Notes under the pieces: generated by a model
Seen by the model: only the letters and a program-made list of their open reading frames with translations
Told to the model about the DNA's origin: nothing
The model's database searches: none
Part shown: one piece after another, positions 7,567 through 17,078 of the stretch
Layout of the letters: each line of letters starts with the position of its first letter
How positions within the stretch are numbered: the first letter of the stretch is position 1
NCBI GenBank assembly: GCA_046597055.1
Contig: JBKJLC010000241.1
Coordinates: 1-25,106, forward strand
Direction: 5' to 3'
Source of the DNA: Kofleriaceae bacterium
Lineage (GTDB): Bacteria > Myxococcota_A > Polyangia > Haliangiales > Haliangiaceae
DNA length: 25,106 nt
Program-made: the position numbers and the translations under genes

Positions 7567-8736
7567 TCAGGGCTCCTCGTCCTCGCCTGCAACCGGGGCC
7601 TCGATCGCGCTCCTCAGAGGCTTGCTGTCGTCGAGCAGCTCCGCGACCCAGGTGGCGAGGTCGAGCTGCTGGGCCTCGATCCCGGAGCCGACGAAGTTGA
7701 CGACCGTCGTACAGTGGCTGTCGTTGATCTCGCGCCAGTACGGGATGTAGTAGGCGAGGTTCGGCCGGGTCGCGTACATGCCGGCCAGGAGCTGGGTATC
7801 GGCGTCCCACATCCGCAAGAGCTCGGACTTCGGCGGGAAATCATAGAAGCGCTCGTACGAGTACAGCGAGAAGTTGTAGTCGCGGCGGAAGAAGGTCGTC
7901 GCGAGCCGGTCGTCGGGGTACGCGTCGGCGAGCGCGGTGTTGATCGTGCCGAAGTCGTTCTGGTCGAAGCCACTCGGCAGGTCGGTCAGGATCGAGTCGA
8001 CGTTCCACGACGACCGGATCTTCTCGTGGAGCCGCTGCGAGAAGCCGCCCGATGGGAAGATCGGGCCGGAGTCGTCGAGCAGGTAGCCCTGCTCGGCCGC
8101 GCGCACGCCCCTCCGGAGGAAGTGGTAGTTCGTGATCGAGCCAGCGCCGCCGGCCGAGCAGCCGGTCGCCAGCATCTTGGGGACGTGGGTGAAGTTGCCA
8201 TCGATCCACTCGATGACCTTCTGAACGTTGTCGTGCCCCTTGTGATGGAAGACCGCGTCGGGACCCACGCCGGTCGGGTCGACGTACGTGATGACGTTGT
8301 TGCCGGTGTGCACGTCGCCCGTGCAGTAGGGCACGTAGACCATGTTCCACGACGCGGTCGGGCTGGTCGGATCCTCGCGCTGCAGAAAGGGCGAGAGGAA
8401 GGGCGCGAGCTCGTAGTGGCGGTCGGGGATGCCGTTGGGATTGGCGGCGCCGCGGATCCCTTCAGCGCGCGTGCAACTCGCGTAGTCCCAGCACGCCCCG
8501 CCCGGTTCGAACACCACGACGAGGTTGTCGGTCTGGTCGCTGAAGTTGACGAAGAACTTGTACTGACTGCCGTTGCCGCAGACCGTGCCGGGCACCTCGA
8601 TCTTCTCCCAGCGGTCGTAGCGCTCGCGCGCGGGGTTTCCCTGGTCCTCACCGCAGCCGCCCAGCATGGCGACGCCGATCATGCCGGCGAGTAGTGAGGA
8701 TGCGATCTCGATGCCCGCCAGGCGCAGGTTCAGCAT
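7567..8736 (-). CDS. Pectinacetylesterase-family (alpha/beta hydrolase) lipoprotein
   Basis: GGAGGG RBS; lipobox LGG-C; CGNGS, FEPGGACW, PYCTGDVHTG, nucleophile motif GCSAGG, DDSG and C-terminal HC. Confidence 0.88.
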   Translation of the reverse strand: MLNLRLAGIEIASSLLAGMIGVAMLGGCGEDQGNPARERYDRWEKIEVPGTVCGNGSQYKFFVNFSDQTDNLVVVFEPGGACWDYASCTRAEGIRGAANPNGIPDRHYELAPFLSPFLQREDPTSPTASWNMVYVPYCTGDVHTGNNVITYVDPTGVGPDAVFHHKGHDNVQKVIEWIDGNFTHVPKMLATGCSAGGAGSITNYHFLRRGVRAAEQGYLLDDSGPIFPSGGFSQRLHEKIRSSWNVDSILTDLPSGFDQNDFGTINTALADAYPDDRLATTFFRRDYNFSLYSYERFYDFPPKSELLRMWDADTQLLAGMYATRPNLAYYIPYWREINDSHCTTVVNFVGSGIEAQQLDLATWVAELLDDSKPLRSAIEAPVAGEDEEP

Positions 8737-8869
8737 GGGGTCCCTCCGGCGCGGAGTATGTCCGAGCTGGCCCGACCGGTTCAACAGGGGATGTAGGGGG
8801 TGTGACCCACCGCCGCCAGAACATCACGCAGCGGTTGCGCGATCGTCATTCTTTGCGCAAGGTCTGGAT

Positions 8870-9319
8870 ATGAGTCGGGGCGAAGCGCGGTCACGGGAGT
8901 CTTCCGGGACCGTGCTGTACCGCCACCTCGACGGCACCGTCGAGGTGCTGCTGGTGCACCCTGCCGGGGCGTACAACCGCCGGGCGCCCTGGGGCATCCC
9001 GAAGGGCCAGCCCAATCCCGGCGAGGACCTCGAGGCCACCGCCCGTCGCGAGACCATGGAGGAGACCGGTGTCGTCCCAGGGGAGCTGCTGGCGATCGGC
9101 CACGTGGACTACACGCGCTCCCGGAAGCGCGTGCACGCGTTCTGCGGTGAGGCCCCGCTCGCCTGTGCGCCGAGCTGCGCGTCGTGGGAGGTCGACAAGG
9201 CCGAGTTCATCGAGCTGTCGCGCGCCCGCCGGATCATCCATCCGGACCAGGCGGCCCTCCTCGACCGCCTCCTGAAATATCTTGCCGACAAGGCAGAAAC
9301 CGCACAGGCCGCGGGCTGA
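8870..9319 (+). CDS. NUDIX hydrolase
   Basis: Nudix box GQPNPGEDLEATARRETMEETG preceded by EVLLVHP...WGIPK. Confidence 0.92.
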   Translation: MSRGEARSRESSGTVLYRHLDGTVEVLLVHPAGAYNRRAPWGIPKGQPNPGEDLEATARRETMEETGVVPGELLAIGHVDYTRSRKRVHAFCGEAPLACAPSCASWEVDKAEFIELSRARRIIHPDQAALLDRLLKYLADKAETAQAAG

Positions 9320-9401
9320 TCCGGGGGGGCGAGACGCGGTCTTCTGGGGCCGGAACCCCCGACCGTCCGCTCCCAAGGTACTTGAATGATTAACGTCCTG
9401 G

Positions 9402-9418
9402 CCGGAACGGCAGTTGCT
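9402..9418 (+). promoter_or_regulatory. Putative sigma-54 (-24/-12) promoter
   Basis: CCGGAACGGCAGTTGCT has exact GG-N10-GC spacing and is close to the consensus TGGCACG-N4-TTGCW; an AT-rich tract lies upstream at 9375-9393. Confidence 0.45.
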
Positions 9419-9430
9419 ACACGTGGAGTA

Positions 9431-10084
9431 ATGAAGCGCCTAGCCATGCTCGTCGTGTTCCTGACGCCCGCTGTGGCGTCGGCGCACATCTCGCTGACCT
9501 CGCCAAGTGTGCGAACTATCGACCAGAAGGTGGGTCCGTGTGGCGCGACCGGGTCCGTTCGGGGGACCAACGTGACCGTCTACGCCCCCGGTCAGATGGT
9601 CGAGGTCCGCTGGACGGAGCCGGTCAATCATCCCAGTCACTACCGGATCAGCTTCGATGCCGAAGGGCAGGACTTCACCGTCCCAGCTGATTTCATGGAC
9701 TTCACGAAGACCGAGAACGTCCTGGCTGACAACATCGCCGACGGGGCTTCACCGTTCACCCGGATGGTGCAGCTGCCAAACATTGCCTGTGAAAACTGCA
9801 CCTTGCAGCTCACGCAGATGATGTACGACAAGGCGCCTTACGGCGACGGCAACGACCTCTACTTCCAGTGCGCGGACATCGCGCTCCGTGCCGGCGGCGC
9901 CCCACCGACTCCCGACCCTCAGGACCCGCCCGGCAGCGACGGGGGGATCGACCCAGCTCCGGTGGACGACAGCGCCAACATCAGCGGTGGCTGCTCGGCG
10001 GGTGGTGGCGGTGGCGCGCTGCAAGCCATCGGCTTTGCTTCAGTTCTCGGCGCGCTGGGCCGCCGCTCACGACGCCGGCGCTGA
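9431..10084 (+). CDS. Secreted LPMO-like (polysaccharide monooxygenase-like) protein with MYXO-CTERM-type anchor
   Basis: Signal peptide cleavage ASA|H leaves an N-terminal His; NHPSHYRISF, CENCTLQ and YFQCADI; C-terminal SGGC, Gly-rich spacer, hydrophobic stretch and RRSRRRR. Confidence 0.85.
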   Translation: MKRLAMLVVFLTPAVASAHISLTSPSVRTIDQKVGPCGATGSVRGTNVTVYAPGQMVEVRWTEPVNHPSHYRISFDAEGQDFTVPADFMDFTKTENVLADNIADGASPFTRMVQLPNIACENCTLQLTQMMYDKAPYGDGNDLYFQCADIALRAGGAPPTPDPQDPPGSDGGIDPAPVDDSANISGGCSAGGGGGALQAIGFASVLGALGRRSRRRR

Positions 10085-10366
10085 GCCGCCGCGACCGGTC
10101 CGCGCGCGACCCGACGGGTCGGGCAGCAGGATCGCCTCGCCCAGATGGGCAGGTTGCGTAACCCATGGCCAGTGGGAAGCATCCATGCCCTGGACAGGAG
10201 GCCCTGCCGACCCGTCCAGGGTCTGACCCTGAACACGCGTTGCATGTCGCCTACAGAGGCGATCTCGGATCCCGCCCTCCCTGGGCGCCATCTTGCAACG
10301 GTTCCATCTTGCCGAGCGTCGAGTGGGCTGACCGGCTCACCGCGGCTGAATCGAGCGGAGTTTGCC

Positions 10367-11782
10367 ATGGCCAAGTCCAACCGCACCAAGTCTTCCTCAT
10401 CCCGCGCGGCCCAAACGGGACGCGAAGGGGCCTCTCGCGCGACGGCATCCAGCCGCAAGGAGACCACGGACACCGAACCCAAGGCGGACGCCGCCGAGGT
10501 CGAGGCGCCGGAGGCTGTGAGCCTCCTGGACCTCGACGAGGCCGCGCCGGTCAAGAAGGTAGCCGAGAAGCTGCTCAAGACCGACTCCGACGATCACCTC
10601 GCCACCTACTTCCGCGACCTGGCCGAGCACGACCTGCTCGGCCCGGAGCAGGAGCGCGAGCTGGCGCAGGGCATCGAGGACCAGGAGATCCTGACGTGGG
10701 AGCGCATCCTGTCGCGCGCCGACGTCGTCCCGCACGTCATCGAGATGCTCGACGGCAAGCTCGAGACGCCGCTCAAGCCCCAGAAGCTCCTCAAGCAGGC
10801 CGAGACGATCCGCGCCTTGAGCAAGAAGCCGGACGCGCGCGCGCTCGGTCGCCTGGTCGCGGCAGCGCGCGAGGTCGCCGAGGAGCTGCGCAAGCAGGAC
10901 CTCGACCGGCTGCATGTCGACGCGGTCGTGCGCGAGCTCAAGCGCACCCGCCTGCTCGCCCTCAAGAAGCCGATCCAGGTGCCGTTCCCGGTGACGACCG
11001 CCGCGTTCGGCAGCTACCTCGACGGTATCGACCACGCCTATCGCGGCAGCTCGCAGCTGCGCGAGGAGTTCGTGAAGGCGAACCTCCGCCTGGTGGTCAC
11101 GATGGCTCGCCGCTACGACCGCGGCGGCATGCCGCTCGCCGACCTGATCCAGGAGGGCAACCTCGGGCTCATGCACGCGGTGAGTCGCTTCGACTACCGC
11201 CGCGGCCTGCGCTTCTCGACCTACGCGTGCTGGTGGATCCGGCACGCGATCGGGCGCGCTCTCGCCGACAAGGCGCGCGCGGTCCGCATCCCGGTCCACA
11301 TGCTCGAGGCGCAGCAGCAGCTCGAGAAGGTGCGCCAGCAGCTCATCCGCGAGCTCGGCCGCCAGCCTTCGCCGCAGGAGGTCGCCAAGGCGGCCCGGGT
11401 GCCGCTGGCCAAGCTCAACCAGATGCACCGCTACCTCATGGGGCAGCCGCTGTCGCTCGATCGGCCCATCCACGAGGACGACGATCGCCAGCTCGGCGAG
11501 ATGCTGGCGGATCCGAACTCCGAGGACCTCAACCCGGCCGAGGATCTGACCAACGTCGCGCTGACCAAGGAAGTGAAGACGCTGATGCGGGGGCTCTCGC
11601 CCATCGAGGCCGACGTCCTGCGCCAGCGCTTCGGCCTCGGCGATGACGAGGAGCGGACCTTCCGCGAGATCGGCGACCAGTACCGCCTCTCGCGCGAGCG
11701 CATCCGTCAGATCCAGAACTCCGCCCTCGACAAGCTGAAGAAGGCCCTCGAGCGCCAGCACACCGGGCTGTTCGACAGCTGA
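10367..11782 (+). CDS. RNA polymerase sigma-70 factor, RpoD/SigA-like (probably non-primary)
   Basis: Region 1.2 [10 protein letters not shown]...[11 protein letters not shown]; regions 2.1-2.4 ANLRLVV...[10 protein letters not shown]...[18 protein letters not shown]; region 3 RIPVH, SLDRPI; region 4.2 TFREIG...[16 protein letters not shown] before ATG at 10367. Confidence 0.96.
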   Translation: MAKSNRTKSSSSRAAQTGREGASRATASSRKETTDTEPKADAAEVEAPEAVSLLDLDEAAPVKKVAEKLLKTDSDDHLATYFRDLAEHDLLGPEQERELAQGIEDQEILTWERILSRADVVPHVIEMLDGKLETPLKPQKLLKQAETIRALSKKPDARALGRLVAAAREVAEELRKQDLDRLHVDAVVRELKRTRLLALKKPIQVPFPVTTAAFGSYLDGIDHAYRGSSQLREEFVKANLRLVVTMARRYDRGGMPLADLIQEGNLGLMHAVSRFDYRRGLRFSTYACWWIRHAIGRALADKARAVRIPVHMLEAQQQLEKVRQQLIRELGRQPSPQEVAKAARVPLAKLNQMHRYLMGQPLSLDRPIHEDDDRQLGEMLADPNSEDLNPAEDLTNVALTKEVKTLMRGLSPIEADVLRQRFGLGDDEERTFREIGDQYRLSRERIRQIQNSALDKLKKALERQHTGLFDS

Positions 11783-11805
11783 CCCGACCGAGTCACGGAT
11801 CGATC

Positions 11806-11835
11806 GCGAAGGCCGGCCCTGGTGCCGGCCTTCGC
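11806..11835 (+). terminator. 12-bp GC hairpin downstream of the sigma gene (terminator-like, no U tract)
   Basis: GCGAAGGCCGGC-cctggt-GCCGGCCTTCGC, 23 nt after the stop. Confidence 0.55.
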
Positions 11836-11980
11836 CGTTCCGGACGCCGACAGTGACTGTCGGTGAATCCGACGCCCGGCCAGCGATCCGACATCCCGGC
11901 CCAGAAATGTATCAGCGGGCCTCCACGTGCTCACCGCACGTGCTCGCATCCGGCGGCTCTCGAGTCCGGCTAGCTGGCAA

Positions 11981-12247
11981 GATCGCGCGCGCGTCCTGGC
12001 CACCACCCGCGGCTACCGGCGCGTGCTCGCGGTCACCGACGACCTCGACGACACCGGCACCCTCGTCGCCGCCGGCTTCCGCTCGGCGGTGGCGATCGCC
12101 CAGCTCCGCGCCGACGAGGTCGCGGCCCGCACCGGGTTGGCGCCCGACGTCGCCGCCCGCACCTGGGACCGCGCCCGCGAGATCGCCGCCGGCGTCAGCG
12201 CGCACCTCGGCACCGTGCTCGACGTGGTCAACGGCGGCTTCGGCGGC
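11981..12247 (+). pseudogene. Probable gene fragment, resembling the N-terminal region of Tc toxin subunit A-like proteins
   Basis: Near-total GC3 only within this core, with no convincing start or RBS. GYRRVLAVTDD...LVAAGFRSAVAIA...WDRA recalls TcA-like N-termini; this is recognition from memory only. Confidence 0.35.
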
Positions 12248-12275
12248 CGCGCGCGCGGCAGGTCCTGCCCTTTGC

Positions 12276-13064
12276 TCACCGACCTGCTCGGGCGAGCCGC
12301 TGGGCGGTGAGCTGCCAGAGGGCGTCCTGGGCGCCGCGCTGGAGGGCGACCGGGGCGGGCCGGACCGGGTGATCGCGATCGAAGTAGCGGCCGGTGACGG
12401 AGGCGAGCTCGGGCGCGAGGGCCAACCGGAGGACCGAGCGGGCGGCGGCGGCGGCGGTGATCGCGCGGGCCGGACGCATCGAGGGCACCTCGCGGGTGAG
12501 GTCGGTGGCCACCACGCCGGGATGGAGCGAGTTGACGGTCACCCCGGTGCCGGCGAGGTGGCGGGCCAGCGCGAGGCCGTACATCACGTTGGCGAGCTTG
12601 GAGCGGGCGTAGTTCGCGATCGGGTCGAAGCGGCCGCGGCTGCGCTCGTCCCAGCAGGGCTCGCCGCGGCTGTGCAGGCCAGAGGCGACGATGACGACCC
12701 GGGCTGGGGCCGCCGCGCGCAGCAGCGGCTCGAGGCCGGCGCACAGCGCGGCGTGGCCGAGGTGGTTGACCGCGAACGCGAGCTCGAGGCCGTCGGGCGT
12801 GGTGCGCTCGGCGCCCGGCCACACGCCGGCGTTGCAGACCAGGACGCCGACCCCGGTCAGCTCGGCGCGGGCGCGGGTGGCGAAGGCGCGGACCGAGGCG
12901 AGCGAGGCCAGGTCGAGCGGCCACGCCTCCCCTGCCCTCGCCTCTGCGGCCTGGCGCGAGCCGACGATCACGCGGTAGCCGGCGGCGGTCAGCCCGCGGG
13001 CGACCTCGCGGCCGATGCCGCGGCTGCCGCCGGTGACGATCGCGACCTTGCTGGCGGTGGCCAT
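12276..13064 (-). CDS. Short-chain dehydrogenase/reductase (retinol dehydrogenase-like)
   Basis: TGGSRGIG, LDLASLASVR, NAG, NHLGH, catalytic YARSK and HPGVVAT. Confidence 0.93.
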   Translation of the reverse strand: MATASKVAIVTGGSRGIGREVARGLTAAGYRVIVGSRQAAEARAGEAWPLDLASLASVRAFATRARAELTGVGVLVCNAGVWPGAERTTPDGLELAFAVNHLGHAALCAGLEPLLRAAAPARVVIVASGLHSRGEPCWDERSRGRFDPIANYARSKLANVMYGLALARHLAGTGVTVNSLHPGVVATDLTREVPSMRPARAITAAAAARSVLRLALAPELASVTGRYFDRDHPVRPAPVALQRGAQDALWQLTAQRLARAGR

Positions 13065-13071
13065 CGCCGGG

Positions 13072-13697
<626 letters not shown>

Positions 13698-13698
<1 letters not shown>

Positions 13699-14432
13699 CA
13701 CGCACCTCCCGTCGGTCGCGGCCGGGTCGTCTTGTACTCGAACGGATCCTCGTGCTCGCGAACCTCGACCAGCCGGTGGACGTAGATGCCGGGCAGGTGC
13801 ACGTCGTCGGGATCGATCGCGCCGACCTCGACCAGCTGGTCGGCCTCGACCACGGTGGTGCGCGCCGCGGTCGCCATCGCCGGCGAGAAGTTGCGGGCGG
13901 TGCGGTAGAAGCGGAGGTTGCCGAAGCGGTCGGCGGTGCGGGCCCGGATCAACGCGAAGTCGGCCGACAGCGCGCGCTCCATGAGATAGCTGCGGCCGTC
14001 GAAGTCGCGGGCCTCCTTGCCGTCGGCGACCACGGTGCCGACCCCGGTCGGCGTGAAGAACGCCGGGATGCCGGCGCCGGCGGCGCGCATGCGCTCGACC
14101 AGCGTGCCCTGCGGCGTCACCTCGACCTCGATGGTGCCCGCCGCCATGCGCGAGTGGAGATCCTCGTTGGTGCCGAGGTAGCTGCAGATCACCTTGCGGA
14201 TGAGGCCGGCGCGCAGCCAGGTGGCGAGGCCCTTGCCCTGGTTGCCGGCGTTGTTCGAGACCAGCGTGAGGTCCTTCACCCCGCGCGCGATCACGCCGGC
14301 GATCAGGGCCTCGGCGTTGCCGCACAGGCCGAAGCCGCCGACCATGACGGTCATGCCCGACTCGAGGCCGTCGAGCGCGGCGGCGACCGAGTCGCGCACC
14401 TTGTGATGGTGTCGTCCAGGTTCGGTGGTCAC
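13698..14432 (-). CDS. 3-oxoacid CoA-transferase subunit A (ScoA/PcaI family)
   Basis: [45 protein letters not shown] and [16 protein letters not shown] and GTG start overlapping the upstream stop. Confidence 0.95.
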
Positions 14433-15709
14433 GGGGGTCCTCCAAAGGCGGCGACGGCGGCGTCGCCGACCGCGCGCACGCCGGTGACGAGCTCGGCCTC
14501 GCCGATGCACAGCGGCGGCGAGATGATGATGAAGCCGCGCTTGCCGTCGACGTGGAGCGACAGCCGGCGGGCGGCCAGCTCCTGGCCGAAGCGGGCCCAG
14601 CCGTCGGCGGTCAGGTCGGGCCCGGTGAGCTCGACCGCGGCGAGCAGGCCCAGCCCGCGGGCGAACACCTGGCGGCCGGGGCCGGCGACCCGGGCCGCGA
14701 TGGCCTGGACCTCGGCGAGCAGCACCGGTCCCAGCCGGGCTGCGTTGGCGTACATGCCCTCGTCCTCGTAGACCTTCAGGGTCTCGAGCGCGGCCGCGCA
14801 GCCGATCGGGTGGCCGTAGTACGTGAGCCCGCACGCGAGCATGCGCTCGTCGAAGTGGCGGGCGACCCGCTCGTGGACGATCACCGCGCCGATCGGCTGG
14901 TAGCCGGAGGCCAGGCCCTTGGCGCACGTGATGAGGTCGGGCTGGACGTCCCAGTGCTGGAAGCCGAACACGGTGCCGGTGCGGCCGAAGCCGGTGAGGA
15001 CCTCGTCGGCGACCAGGAGCGCGCCGTCGGCGTCGCAGGCCTGGCGGGCGAGCGGCCAGTAGTCGGGCGGTGGCACCAGCACGCCGTTGGCGCCCGGCAC
15101 CGGCTCGAGGAACAGCGCGGCGAAGCCGCCGCCCTCGAGCCGCATGGTCTCGCCGAGGTTGGTGGCGCACTCGCGCCGGCAGGTCGGCAGCGTCTTGCCG
15201 AACGGGCACCGGTCGCAGTAGCAGTCCTGGACGTGGACCACGCCGGGGAGGGCCGGCTCGAGCAGCGGTCGCCGCCAGTCGCCGGTGAGCGCGAGCGCCC
15301 CCATCGAGGCGCCGTGATAGCTGCGGTACCGGCTCATCAGCTTGTGGCGGCCGGTGACCAGGCGCGCGATCTTGAGCGCGTTCTCGTTGGCCTCGGCGCC
15401 ACCCAGGGTGAAGAAGACCTTGCTGTAGCCGGGACCGGCCAGCGCAAGCAGCTTCTCGGCCAGCGCCACCTTGGCCGGGAACACGCTCGACGGCGACGCC
15501 AGACACAGCTGGTCGGCCTGGCGCTTGATGGCCTCGACGATCCGGCGGTGCCCGTGGCCGGCGTTGACCTGGTAGCTCAGCGCGCCCAGGTCGAGCCAGC
15601 GGCCACCGTCGGCGGTGGTGAACCAGGCGCCCTCACCCCCGGTCAGCTCGAGCGGCCTGGCCGCCTGCTGCGCGGTCCACGTGAAGAAGAACGGGTAGTC
15701 GTTGCTCAT
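14429..15709 (-). CDS. Class III PLP-dependent aminotransferase (omega/beta-amino acid type)
   Basis: [41 protein letters not shown] (catalytic Lys) and GLTYYGHP. Confidence 0.95.
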   Translation of the reverse strand: MSNDYPFFFTWTAQQAARPLELTGGEGAWFTTADGGRWLDLGALSYQVNAGHGHRRIVEAIKRQADQLCLASPSSVFPAKVALAEKLLALAGPGYSKVFFTLGGAEANENALKIARLVTGRHKLMSRYRSYHGASMGALALTGDWRRPLLEPALPGVVHVQDCYCDRCPFGKTLPTCRRECATNLGETMRLEGGGFAALFLEPVPGANGVLVPPPDYWPLARQACDADGALLVADEVLTGFGRTGTVFGFQHWDVQPDLITCAKGLASGYQPIGAVIVHERVARHFDERMLACGLTYYGHPIGCAAALETLKVYEDEGMYANAARLGPVLLAEVQAIAARVAGPGRQVFARGLGLLAAVELTGPDLTADGWARFGQELAARRLSLHVDGKRGFIIISPPLCIGEAELVTGVRAVGDAAVAAFGGPP

Positions 15710-15782
15710 GGGGCTCGGTCAGGTCGGAGTGGCTGCGGTGTCTCCGCGCGCGGTGTCTCCGCGCGGTCAGCAGGAGGATTCT

Positions 15783-15908
15783 CCCCCGTTCGCCCTGAGC
15801 CGCGCACCCGAAGGGGGCGCGTGTCGAAGGGCGCCCTTCCACCGATCGGCAGGGCGTCCTTCGCCACCGAGCTCGCTTGCGCTCGCTCGGGCTCAGGACG
15901 AACGGGGG
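15783..15908. repeat. REP/MITE-like palindromic element inside the operon
   Basis: 19-bp terminal inverted repeats with one mismatch (CCCCCGTTCGCCCTGAGCC / GGCTCAGGACGAACGGGGG) and an inner CGAAGGGCGCCCT / AGGGCGTCCTTCG stem. Confidence 0.75.
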
Positions 15909-15965
15909 TGGGCCGAGGCGTCATTGGAGCCGAGACGGCGGAGGTCGTGGCAAGCGCGACGGCGG

Positions 15966-17078
15966 TCATGACCGGCGGCGGAGGGGCGCGGCGACCGAGA
16001 AGGTCTCGGGGCGGACGTGGGTGATGAGGCCGCCCTGCCCCCAGACCTCGCCGGTGTCGAGGTTCATCGCGATCGCGCCGCAGGTCGCGGTGCCATGCGG
16101 GTTCTCGGGCGTGGACATGTTGGTGCACACGCTCCTGGGCCAGCCGTCCTGCGAGCCCATCCGGGTCCACACGTCGTCGAGGTCGGCGATCGGGCGCGTG
16201 GCCAGGCTCTGCTCGAGCCAGGCCATGCGCTCGCGGGTGGTGCTGGTCGGCGAGATCGCCGAGGCCGCCGCGACCTCGGGATCGAGGCAGTGGTTGGTGT
16301 GGCAGTAGCTCGGCTGCGGCGCCTCGCTGGTCGAGCGGTACATGACCTTGCGGAGCACGCCCGAGGTCTCGACCGCGTAGGCCTCGCGGCGGTCGGCGAC
16401 GAAGTAGTGATGGCCGGAGCCAATCGGGCTGCCGACGATCAGGTCGCGGGCCGCCGCGGCCGACGGCGCGTGCAGCGCGCGCCGCACCATCGCCGGCCAC
16501 ACCACGCCGAGGGTGGCGTCGATCGAGTACAGGTTGTTGATGCCGATCGCGACCCGCGCGCTGCTCATGCCGGCCAGGCCCAGGCAGCCGGTCAGGGTCA
16601 GGCACCACGCGGCCGGGCCATCGGCGCTGGCCGGCACGTGCATCATCATCACGTACGGGATCGCGGTCGCGTGCATGTCCCAGGTCTGAGCCAGAATGCG
16701 CCCGGTCGGCGCCTCGGCCCAGACCACGCTGCAGCCGCCCTCGCCGTGCTCGGGCGCCGGCTGCCAGCGCGACCGATCCGGCGACAGATCGCGGAGGTCG
16801 GTGTAGTGGTTGGTGACCACCAGCTCGGCCGGCGTCAGCGCCGCGCCCTCGGCGATGCCGCGCAGCTCCTGGTACAGGCCGTCGTGGTAGCGCGCCAGCA
16901 CCGGCAGGTGAGCCTCGGCCGCCGCCAGCACGCTGGCGCGGTCGGGGAAGCCACCGACCCGGGTACACAGGAACGTCCGGATCGCGGACAGCGACTGGAT
17001 CTCGCCGCGGAAGCTCTCGCCGTGCAGCTGCCCCCACGCGCGCGGGGTCGCCCCCGCCGGCAGCTCGAGCACCCGCAT
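15966..17078 (-). CDS. Peptidase C45-family autoproteolytic Ntn acyltransferase/hydrolase
   Basis: [19 protein letters not shown] cleavage site, [19 protein letters not shown] and HTNH; TGATG overlap with the upstream fusion gene. Confidence 0.9.
   Translation of the reverse strand: MRVLELPAGATPRAWGQLHGESFRGEIQSLSAIRTFLCTRVGGFPDRASVLAAAEAHLPVLARYHDGLYQELRGIAEGAALTPAELVVTNHYTDLRDLSPDRSRWQPAPEHGEGGCSVVWAEAPTGRILAQTWDMHATAIPYVMMMHVPASADGPAAWCLTLTGCLGLAGMSSARVAIGINNLYSIDATLGVVWPAMVRRALHAPSAAAARDLIVGSPIGSGHHYFVADRREAYAVETSGVLRKVMYRSTSEAPQPSYCHTNHCLDPEVAAASAISPTSTTRERMAWLEQSLATRPIADLDDVWTRMGSQDGWPRSVCTNMSTPENPHGTATCGAIAMNLDTGEVWGQGGLITHVRPETFSVAAPLRRRS

Noticed and set aside
10165..10185. Cobalamin riboswitch (GCCAGTGGGAAG resembles GCCACTG...GGGAAG)
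   Set aside because: The other conserved elements are not visible and the downstream gene is unrelated to B12.
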